A stretch of DNA of 64,000 bases, from NCBI GenBank assembly GCA_040954595.2, contig CM082598.2:2604001-2668000 (forward strand), given 5' to 3'. Position 1 is the stretch's first letter, and every line of letters begins with the position of its first letter. Position numbers and translations under genes: made by a program. This document shows positions 53,584-64,000 of the stretch, one piece after another. This stretch comes from Balanoglossus misakiensis. Its lineage: Eukaryota; Animalia; Hemichordata. Below the pieces are notes generated by a model that ran no database searches, was not told the DNA's origin, and worked only from the letters and a program-made list of their open reading frames with translations.

Positions 53584-53791
53584 CTAGTGAGATTATTGCA
53601 ACTTTACAACCTGTATATCCCCTGCAATCCTAGGTCTTCATGGTCCATGCGATCAGTGGTAGTCAGATTTTTTTCCGGAGCTTGCGAAACTATTATTGCT
53701 GCAGTAACAGCTGTACCTGTTCCGCCATATTGGAAACGTCACCACTACTTGTGAACTGTAGATGGCGCTAGCCGTGACCTCAGATTGACCT
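53584..53791 (-). promoter_or_regulatory. Non-coding first exon and promoter of the giantin gene
   Basis: Minus-strand donor TAG|GTAAG at about 53584. YY1-like CCGCCATATT (~53722), CTCF-like GTAGATGGCGCT (~53758) and TGACCT-N5-TGACCT (53775-53791) lie upstream. Confidence 0.55.
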
Positions 53792-54130
53792 CAAAACGTA
53801 CACACGACCTCTATCTGATTCTTTTGTTTTCAGAAAACTTTTATGCATACGATATGTCTGGATATCTTATAAATGTGAGAAGGGAGAAGAAAACAAACGA
53901 AAGTGTATTTTTATTTTATTTCTTTAAGTTTTATTTGTATAGAGTACCCAACAGGAAAAGTCTTAACAAAATTAGCACAACACATTATACTATTCTCGAC
54001 TATTTGGTGCTGTATGTGATTTCGACAAAAATTGTCGATAAAAGCACCTTTCAAATGAAGCTCGGTATACTTATATTAAGGGTTCTAAGCCTTTAACTGA
54101 TGGCTATTTTTCGGTATTTTTTCTTGTGTA

Positions 54131-54152
54131 TTAAAGGGACAAAGTCTCTCTC
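54131..54152. mobile_element. 22-bp terminal remnant of the same MITE family, just 3' of the SDR stop codon
   Basis: TTAAAGGGACAAAGTCTCTCTC is an exact match to the family terminus. Confidence 0.65.
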
Positions 54153-54168
54153 ACACTGTCAGTCTAAT

Positions 54169-57100
54169 TTATGGATCAATGAATGGGATTTCTGCGATGG
54201 TTAGGGGAACACCGCCTCCTATCAAGCAGGCTGTACCACTGTAACTTTCATCCTCGATCATCTTGATCACAGCATCGCCAACAACTTCAGGTCTGTAAGT
54301 GAGAGAGAGAAGGGCCGGGGATCATTAGAACATGTACACGACTATCTCAAGTACATGTAACACCAAATCATGGAGTAACATAACTTAACGTGAAAACTGA
54401 GCATGACGAAAGTCTATTTTTTAAGTATTTGTGCCAGGCATATTTCGACTCGTGAACTCGTGAAACTGTTTTCCTCTATCTCTTAGCGAAAAACAAACCA
54501 CGGACATGTACTGATGAAATGTCTGAAAACACTTACTCGATGACAGGCGCGCTTTCTAATTCTTCTTTCAGTTCTTTCTTGTATCGGTTGGCTTCTGTTG
54601 GATACGTTTTCCTTGCGGTGATTGTGTTCACCAACCCTGGACATATTGCGGCTACACGTAACTTGTTTTCTATCACTCTGGGTTCGTTCTGTGGGGAGGC
54701 AGATATTAACATAATCAATGCTTGTGTACAGAACAACACTCACACGAATGCAAACGTGCTTCTGATATGCGCGCCACCATATCGACAAAATATTCGAAGT
54801 AAAAGATTCTTGTTGGAACACTTACTGCTACGCTCCTTGTGAAGCCCACAATACCATGCATCGTTGCGGAGTACACAGGCAGGAGATTGTTTGGAAAAAT
54901 GCCTGCACAAGGAAAATAAATGCAAAGGGTTAAGCAGGTGGTTTTCTTCAGTAGATGATACGACCAGGAGTATTCATATACTATCGGACATCGTGTCAGT
55001 TAAACTTTTAGCGAGGTAACTATACAGCCATTGGCTTATGCAAAGATAAATGTGTTTCCATTATAATACGTCATCGATCATTCCAGGTACATACATACCC
55101 GTGAACGATGACGTGTTGATGACAACGCCACCACTGCCTCCACTTTTGGTCCCCATGTAATCAACTGCAAGGAAAGTGCTGGTGATGACGCCAGTCTACA
55201 GAGAGAGAAAACGAGAGAACCCCCTTAACACGTGTCCGTCAGTGACAACAACCATAGACAACATACCAGCGCTATTCACATACACCATTTTCACATTTCG
55301 CTTCCTGCCTCTTTTCCTTTGCCAAATTTCCCCCGAACAATCATTTTTTCCCTGGTTTTACCAGTCTGTAATGGAAAAAAGTTCTTGTTTATCTGTCACC
55401 CAATTGCACTTACCAGATTGACGCCAATCATTTCTTGATAGTGCTGTTCATTAACAATCCCAGCGTTGTTACTAACTATGTCGATGTGCCCAAAAGTGTC
55501 TTTGGTCTTCTTATAGGCAGCTGTAATCATTTGGAAGGAAAACAATCATAAACACATATATTGGTATATAGCCATACTCTAGGGCCTACATCTTGTATAC
55601 TTCCGAATCGGCAAATTGTTCATAGTCATTAGTGGCTGCTCGTTCGATCGATCAATTAATCAGTTCGGTTTAAAGGCAAAGTCGCTTGCTTTGACAGTTC
55701 GAACTCGTTTTACATTATTTGCTTTGGTTTCCACACTTTGATAACATTTCTGTTTCATTCATATCCGCATCAATTAAAGGGTTTGATTGATAAGGTTGCC
55801 AGTTTGACCGCGCATGCGTTCCTTGAGGTGTTGAACTGAAATCCCACCTTCCAGTTGTGACCTTGACCCAGTATCACATTCAATGAATATCGCTTTATCT
55901 TTGCCATATTTCTTGTTCAAATCGCCCACTGCTAATTCACCATTGTCGACGTCAATATCAACTATAGCAACACCCTGAAAATTAAACAAATATTGCTTTA
56001 TATATGTAGGGCCTACAGTACATAACTGACAGTTGTCCGAATGGTATTGTTAATAGCTGCGATCGGCCGCGTTTAAATATAACTTTGACAGCTGACAGAA
56101 AGATACATATTTAATACGCGGGTATCGATCAACCCTTTCCGTACGTCAATAGCCTCTTGCGAGATCTAGAACGAGAGTGGACTTGACATATATTTGGGTT
56201 TCTGTGACAAGCGCGTGCCCCGAAAAACCACAATTGTAATTGGGTGGTGAGGTCGGGAATAAGTGCACGCGTATCGCACGATCGCGCTGGCGCTGACCCG
56301 AAAATACTTATTCGCATTTCGCATAATACTGTCATTAATGTCAACGTCATTCTTAGTATATTCATGAGTACACTTCTCGGTTGAAAAAAGGTACGGACAC
56401 CATCTTGGGTAGAGTCATTAAACATTTTAGGCAACCTGTTATATGATTCGCCCGCGTTCTGGATAAAATTGGAGTATCCGACATCTTCACACATCTATAA
56501 CTATTTTTATCGTGCGAATTCGTTTTATAATACATTATTTAGCTCACAATATTCTGGGGAAATATACGTAAGCTAATAAGATGTATTTCCGCGAAATAAA
56601 AATATCACAACCAACCAACATGCAGTAAGGTTTATTCCCCCCAAGGTCCAACCACAGTCTCTGTGGTCCAACCCAAATAACAAACGTATTGGCCCTAGAA
56701 ATACCACTGGCATACATGTATATGAAAACAAGTAGCTCTAACCCAGATATTATGTATGTAACGCGGTCGGTTGATATGTATAATGCATAAGTGGCTTTTT
56801 TTTTTATCACTGAGTATATACAACCCTGTCTGATTTTATTGAAGATGTGTAAACACTTTGTCGTGATGAATTCATTGCATTGAGGCTTAAGTGTCCTTGA
56901 TGTCTGTAAACCAACATACGTTGTAAAGCAAGTTATATATGAAGGCAATTTTATATAGAGAGATCATGTTGGAGAAATATACCCGAAGCAGACCGTTAAT
57001 AATTGGCAACCAGGTTGGAGTTTCAATGCGTGGGTTAAAGCGCCAACGCTGTCTTGTATTAAAAACTGGCGTGCAGCAAAAATGTTGTGGTGACGTGACC

Positions 57101-57510
57101 CTTCCCTGTTGTGTTGGAAATGAAAATGTTAAATGGAAACTGAACTGAGGCGCTGACCTTCTGGGTTGAAATGTCACAGGAAGAATACTGTAATGAGAGA
57201 ATTCTCGAACTCATGAAGCCAAAATACATCGTTCATCTCAAAGTACGTATCTATACTAATCTGCTGAACTTGAAAATTTGAACGGTTCTCGTGCAGATGT
57301 CACGTACGTGGTTACGCCTGCGCTTATTAAAGTGTTCCCACACACACTCACGCAAACCTGTTTCATGAACAACAATGACGTCAAATTAAAAGCAAAGGAA
57401 ACACACTCTACCTGGACACCTTTTTCCAGTAGTTTTTCTGTGATTGCGAGTCCTATGCTGCGCGGTGCTGCAGCGCCAGTCACCAGGGCTATTTTCCCAG
57501 AGAAGTCCAT
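54169..57510 (-). CDS. 15-hydroxyprostaglandin dehydrogenase-like short-chain dehydrogenase/reductase with a variant active site
   Basis: Exons 57412-57510, 55848-55974, 55414-55520, 55099-55195, 54826-54902, 54537-54688, 54169-~54292; the frame is intact. Motifs MDFSGKIALVTGAA, FGHIDIVSNNAG, YMGTKSGGSGGVVINTSS, PVYSATMHGIVGFTRS and AICPGLVNT follow the HPGD pattern. Confidence 0.92.
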
Positions 57511-59834
57511 CACTCCTGCGTGCGTGCGAACCAGTCAGTGTACGTAGTTTGAGGGCTGGGTCAGTGAGTGTGCTACACTTTCTGAATGAGCAAACACAGG
57601 GCAAGTAGGCTACCCCAGTAAGAGTACCGTCGCTCAAGGCCACTTAGTATACACGGGCCCTCTGCCGCATAAATTAATCCTCAGAAACCCGAGACTGTGG
57701 TTCCCTGCAGTCGCATATGACAGAATCACAATTCTGCTTTAATTACCCTATACATTATAGCTTCAGTAATCCCGGTGATAACATTTACTGGTCGTTTTAT
57801 TTTCCAGCAACATCCCAAGGCACAGACTAGCTCTGGGACGAGTCTGGCAATGACTTGAATAAGATGTGACCTCGGAGACAGAATTTATTGTCCAGAGAGA
57901 CCTGTACCCTTTCTTGTATCTCATAATACGTTTTTTCTGTTTCCACGAGCATCTACCTTTTGAAAACGATTCCCAACACCATGAAGAGCGATAGGCGGCG
58001 CTGTACATACAGGACATATGTTCACTAACTCTTCATGTGAAAAATTCTGTCAGAATGCGGGGCCTGCAGTCCGAGAGCAACACGTTTTAATAGACACGAT
58101 TTGTCTGTACATTGCAGAGCCAATAGATCGTAATATTTCAATTGAGAATTGTACAAATTCCTTTCACTCCTCATTGTGAAATTAAGTCCAATTTATTGCG
58201 ATTTTAACTCATGCAAATGTGCAAGCAAGGTATCGCTCCCTAAAGTTATATAAAGGACGTTTGCTTTATCAAAATGGTCGATTTTTAACGCAAAGATATT
58301 GTCTGAAGTGCAGCTATGTCCTGCCATGGAGGTTTTAGGTAGACCATCTCCCTTCTACCACCATGCCTAACACACAAACCAAGGCAAAACCTCAAACTAC
58401 TATACAGGACTGCACTGAGCAAGCACACACCATGCACAACGTACGATCGAACGATTTTGTGCTTCGCATACCGCACGGTGCAGTGCATGTTTATTAGGCT
58501 GCATTTATCCCCGAGTTGCTAGATGCCCTTTTGCTGTAAGTCCGTAGTCTACCACTTCCATTGTGACCTTGATCAAACCACATGGAGGTGTATGATCTGC
58601 GGCGTTCGGAACATACAATGATTCACGGTCGGAATGTCCACCCTCGTCAAAAAAGGAGAACAGAAATCGCCGTAACCCAACGAACCACATAAAATCAAAA
58701 GAAAATAACAGTAGCAGTAATTAGCTTCGTGTTCTAAGCAGATGGGAGCGCAGGCGGGCGACAAAAGCGATGCGTTCCACAAATATAATCAAGCACCCTC
58801 CCAAATCTTTAAATGTGTGAGAAATGACCTTTGACCCTTGACCTCAAAACTAGGTTGCCTTTCTCGCCACCAAGCGACGGGAAATGGAAAATTTTTCGTT
58901 AGGTGCAGTCTGCAATATGGCTGATGTACCTCTGATTGGAAAATGGCTATGTCTTGAAAATACCGGGTCGTTTGCCCACTAAATTGAGTGTGAAAGGTAC
59001 GTATTCATCTATCAGAATTTTCTCAGTTTGCCAGAGACTGGAATCGGTCGCTCGATATTTTAAACAGCTCTCCGAGAAGTCTTCCCTCACAGACCTGTAA
59101 TATTGCTCGGTTTATAGAAACGTCGTTCTTTTTGACATAACGTTAAAACAGTACAAATCGACCCTCCGATAGAAGGGAGAAAAATGCTAATTGTAATATC
59201 TGTGGGCACGACTGGTACGTGGGCGTTGGTTTATTGAATGGACCCGCTGTTTGGAAAAATACGGTCATTTTAAAACGGAGGGACGGCCCCTTGTGTTTCG
59301 TATCGACGCAGGATCTTTCCCCCACTCGGAGCGATGATCACTTTACAAAACTTAGCGTGGGCTGAAAATTAAATGTCACCGTAATACCGTAGGTCATTTT
59401 GCCATGCTTCTACTGATTTGGGCCGGCTTGATCTCGTTTAGAAATCTTGAAAAAAGCGCTATCTTATAATCCATCTACCTGCCCGCATCTTATCTGTCGT
59501 TTATATCGTTGGCCAAGAACGCCAGCTGTTTATATTACATGTACGTATATGATGTACATACAAGTATAAGCAGGGGCAGTGATTACGTAATAATTAATTA
59601 ATAATTCGCCCACTTCTTCAGTGTGTCAGATCACATTGTACGGGAGGAGGTCCAGGTGGACTATTCCTTCTGTTCTGCCCATGGTTGTCATGGATACAGT
59701 CCACTGTACTGCTACATTTGATAGTACAGTGAACTCTGTATTGAGGACAACTTCGGGAACAGAAAAAACAAACAAAAAAACTACTTAATAGAGCGATGTC
59801 CTTAAAGGTTATATTCTATTCAAATTGTAACTTT

Positions 59835-59973
59835 TAGGTTAGTGTAGGTTAGTGTAGTGTAGTTTAGGTTAGTGTAGTATAGTGTAGTGTACTAGAATAG
59901 TATAGTGAAGTGTACTAGTGTAGTGTAGGTTAATGTAGTGTACTGCTGTGTAGTGTAGTGTACTAGTGTAGTG
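59835..59973. repeat. Degenerate pentanucleotide repeat (TAGTG)n
   Basis: Directly visible. Confidence 0.9.
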
Positions 59974-62659
59974 TTTTTCAGTTCACTTTGGTTAGTATTA
60001 ATACAGGTCATGCAGGAGAGATGATTTTTTTGACATTTGACATTTGTATTTGAACACTTGCGCAGTTTTGGGGAAAAAACCCTGAAGACCTATTTATTTC
60101 TGGCAGATGGCCTCATTACAGTACATTTCTTTTATTCCATATCTATTAAAAATAAAGATGTTTGCTTTATCACTGTACTCCATATTTGGGGAGAAATTTC
60201 TTACTTTTTAAAAGAAATTTCATATTGAAATTTGCCGTGTTGGCGTTTCCGTGACCTTATTTGGTCGTTGCCCTAATTACATAGATATGCGGTGCAATGA
60301 TTTTTGCAGGTGGGTGCTTTTTCAGGCTAATCAATGATGGGTTTGTCAATCAGGGAAGAGGTGAAATAAGCAGTACAGATTAAAAACACGTATGTGTGTA
60401 CCTCTGTATTTATCATTTTATTTCTTTTGTCTCTTTTGAAGGTGAGGAAGAGGTATCTTTTCAAAAGGAAGTCCGTGATTGGACATGAAAGGTATGGTAA
60501 TCTAAGATTTGTCTTTTCATATACAATGTACTGTAAGACAGGAAATTTTCGCGATATTAAAAGAGGCAACTATTACACAACGAATAATTTTTGTGGTATT
60601 GTATTTCACCTACCCTATTTTTGAAAACCATGTAATCGGAACAGCACATATTTTTTTAGTCGGCCTTATGAGATACTGTCGGATCAGATGTGGTATAAAG
60701 CACATATTGACTGGCCATATTCAGGTAACAGTATGCTATCATCCTCTGGAAACAGACTGTTTTGAGACGAATAACAGTCCCTCGGGGGAAACAGACGTAT
60801 ACTGTTACCCTCATGGCCAGTCAATATGTGTATACTGTCACAAAGTCACATTTATGTTCACAGTTCAGTGTCAATGTCAGAGGTCTCTGTTCTCTTTGAA
60901 CACACAGTACATATTCTGAACATTTGTGCAATTCATAAATAGCTTTTCTTTTGTTCTCTGAATATTGAGGCGTAATAAACATTGAGTAGATATCGGGGTC
61001 ACACATCAAACAGAATAATGTTTGTGTAAGTAAACAATATGCCCACCATCATATATTGGAATTTAGTATTGGTATTTTCCTGTTTGTTTTTGGCAGGTAA
61101 TAAACAAAAATTGTGAAAATATAAGAAATATGCGTGGTGATGATGATATTATATATTAAACGTGGGGGAAGTTACACATAATGGATTGGAAAATTACCGC
61201 AAGTGTGATAAATAATACAGCAATGCAGATGTGTTGAATGGCTTCGCTCACCAGTTGGTGACAAAAGATTCTTCTGATCCGGAGAATGTGTGGGCGTTGC
61301 TGACATTTAGTTTGGGCCGACTAAGACGTTGAGGAAACTTACGGTCTCGTCTCCTGTTGTGATGATCAGCTTTAAGCAGGCAAATGAACTTGATAGTGTT
61401 TCTAGTTATTCATGTTGATTAAAACTTGAAACAGAGCACTTGTTGAGCTTCTGTTTGGATAGTCAGTTTCATCCAGTGTATTTTATTCACCCTCCAACTC
61501 TTATACACTGTACGTACTTGTATACAGTACACATCACATATATTCTTCTCCAATTACTTGTAGCTGAAAGAGCCACTGATGGGTTGCTAATTACCACTAT
61601 TGTTTGTAGCAGTGGATTTATATAATAGAAGTTTGTGATTTTGCTCTGTTATATCAAAAAAGTGGTAGCTTTGGGCATAGACAGTAGACTGTCTATACAT
61701 GTAGACAGTAGACTGCTTAGGTCGTAGAAGTAGATGGTATGTTTGAACAATCACGTCTGCCCAGCCCACTCAGATCTGTCGACAGCCGGCCACATTCTGC
61801 TCAGCATGTTTATGTGTGTGGGAGGGTTAGCAATTTCACTGCAAGCAATTGTGTGAAAGCGAAAGTGTTTGAAGTCAGCCAGAAATGAAGTCATTGTCAC
61901 ATGTTCAGGAGCGATACCCTGGTCACTGGATTGAGTGAGCCATGAATGCAGATTTGCATGAAAAAAGTTTGTTCCGAAGTTGTACAAAGGATAGGGCTGG
62001 ATTAAAATCAGATGTCTGTGGTGCACATCTGAGAACAGACAAGCAAAGAACCAGCAAAGGTAAAGACTGAGCCAACCCTACACCTGATTGGTGTTTGGTG
62101 TTGGACATGTACATGATTTGCATATGTGCATCGTTTTGCCATGCTATCCAATATGGCTGCCGGTCAGCCATTTTTGTTTTCATCATTTATTCAAAGGCAT
62201 TACTCAGACATGGACTATATGATAGTTCCTAAATAAGTGTAGCAATATCTTTTCTGATAACAGTCCAATATGGCCACTTATAAGCCATTATGTTTAAAAA
62301 TGTCACCGGATATATATAGAGAGATAGTCGTTATACCTGGACTGATTTATTTGAAAGTTTGGTACACGAATAAGGTCAAATGACATCGCTCTGCATGCGC
62401 GACTAGCACGCAATTTATTTTTCAATCCATAACCTAGATGTCATTTTCTCTGGAATCTTGAATAAGGGCTGTTGATTCTGCTTTAAAGATCATCAGGTCA
62501 AGTACAATGTAATCCTAAATCCGCGATAATGATGGTACGCTTCTTGCGTTGCCCCAAAAATGTTATCTAGGTGAGATTTTTTTTTCTGTGTCGCTCGATG
62601 TGTCGTTGCTGAAATTATCTGTTTAGCTTTTCCAGCAGGCCTGAAATGGAGAGATGTGA

Positions 62660-62877
62660 TTAAGGGCACAACCATTTGATATCTGGGGTGGGGGCTGGAG
62701 GATCTGGGTATATCAGCAATTATTTCCAGCCACTGTTAGTGTTTCAGAAAAAGTTTTTTTTTTGATAACCAGTTCACCTTTTCCTTCACATTGCAGGAGA
62801 AAATTTGTTTTCCTTCCACACCATTTTTTCTCTCAACCCCCCCCCCCCCCCACAGAAATAAAATGGTTCTCCCTTAA
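62660..62877. mobile_element. MITE with TTAA TSD and imperfect TIRs (TTAAGGG..AACCATTT.AT.TCTG.GG)
   Basis: Left end TTAAGGGCACAACCATTTGATATCTGGGG is mirrored by CCCCACAGAAATAAAATGGTTCTCCCTTAA. Confidence 0.75.
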
Positions 62878-63012
62878 AGCCACTTCGACTGATGCTCCTT
62901 TGTAATGATTTCAGTAGGAGGCTTCTGATTGGCCGTGATTATTCTCTGACAGTGACAGTGCCTACTCACAATCACTCTGATGATGGCCTGTGTTTGCTTG
63001 TTTGTCCCACAG

Positions 63013-64000
63013 ATGTCTGCAGAGTCTGCCGAGGCTCAGGAAACTCAGCGTTTAATAGAAGATTACTGCGTGTTCCGACTGAGATTGAACCAGACCGAGT
63101 TGCCCGCCTATCAACACATCAGCAGGGAGCCCATCAATGTGGTAGCGGCAAAAATTAGAAGAATTGGTGAGTGACAAAACATATTACTAATTTTCAAATT
63201 CTATTGAAACTCTATAATAAAGAAATTCCATATTACTAATTTTCAAATTCTATTGAAACTCTATAATAAAACAATTCCTAAACTTCTTATATTTGTAATT
63301 GTCAAATAATATTTAAGTGGGAAAAAACGTTTACTTAATTTAGCATGAGTTGACAAGATCATGTGTCTCATCATAGGATCGAAACTCTGGTCACGAGATA
63401 CAAAGTGGCCATCTAAAATGTATTTATATAAACAAAGTTAAAATGCAGGATATAATTCATAACTTAGCGACAGACTCAATGAGGGAATGCATTCTTCTTG
63501 TGTGTTGCTTGTAAACTTGTTCAATTGACAGAACTACCGGTACATAAATATGGTTACTGTACAAATGTTAGCTTTCATCTTGACCTTTGAGAATCGGTGA
63601 AGATATATTAGAAGTATGTCAGAAATGTCTTGGCAGTCCGAACCCCCCAGAAAATGGACCAAATCGTACTGGTTTGGCTTGAGGGTCTTGTATAGGCCCT
63701 ACTGATTAACACACACTTGGCAGCCTAACAGGTCTGGGAGCCAGGATTCTAGGAACCCTGGAAATCAAACCAGTTTCAAAACCGACTTGGCAGTGTTAGG
63801 GTTAATCCTTACTGCGCCTTGTTCAAGAAGTGATATACAATACAAGCACAGATGACTGATGCGTCTCTGATATTGAGATCAGGAAAACACCACTTTTCTC
63901 TAAATCTGCACATTTTATTCCGTGTAGGTCAAGAAATTGAAAATAACAGTCCACAGTTTTTTGCCCGCTGTTGTGAGCAGCTCGATGTGAGACCGACGAC
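63013..64000 (+). CDS. Bcl-2 family apoptosis regulator, 5' part (truncated by window edge)
   Basis: Exon 63013-63166 (MSAESAEAQETQRLIEDYCVFRLRLNQ..., BH4-like) splices in phase 1 to 63928-64000. The joined sequence VVAAKIRRIG|QEIENNSPQFFARCCEQLDVRPT resembles BH3 plus helices 3-4 of Bcl-2/Bcl-xL (LRxAGDEFE...F....QL..TP). BH1/BH2 are not in the window. Confidence 0.78.
63181..63278. repeat. 49-bp AT-rich tandem duplication in the Bcl-2-family intron
   Basis: ATATTACTAATTTTCAAATTCTATTGAAACTCTATAATAAA..., two copies. Confidence 0.93.
63630..63805. mobile_element. piggyBac-like MITE family copy (right end TTAGGGTTAA)
   Basis: High identity to 49090-49225; ends in GGCAGTGTTAGGG|TTAA. Confidence 0.8.

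Noticed and set aside
59000-62650. Short ORFs between the SDR and the Bcl-2-family gene
   Set aside because: No recognisable domains; the region holds simple repeats and degenerate interspersed-repeat-like sequence and is probably intron or intergenic.

Overview
Eukaryotic, intron-rich animal genomic DNA with GT-AG introns, about 38-40% GC by eye. Gene content and style suggest a marine invertebrate, possibly a deuterostome, but the taxon is an inference. Eight protein-coding genes can be assembled by hand with phase-consistent splice sites: TFIP11 (minus, 14 coding exons); a MANSC-domain/mucin-stalk type I membrane protein (minus); an uncharacterised 400-aa single-coding-exon ORF with a C-terminal PP1-docking-type motif (minus); two head-to-head galactose-3-O-sulfotransferase paralogs; giantin/GOLGB1 (minus, about 4,260 aa, with one 9.3-kb exon); an HPGD-like SDR whose catalytic YxxxK is YxxxM; and the 5' part of a Bcl-2-family gene running off the right edge. 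Introns hold several TTAA-flanked MITE families, a 26-bp palindromic mini-element with a 7-bp target-site duplication, and simple repeats. The first ~5 kb is CpG-rich with splice and promoter signals but no convincing ORF. No tRNA, rRNA or CRISPR array was recognised. I found no clearly new multi-gene system. The best leads are the degenerate-active-site SDR, the orphan putative PP1-targeting gene with X-boxes, the BH3-variant Bcl-2 protein, and perfect DR5 elements at two promoters.
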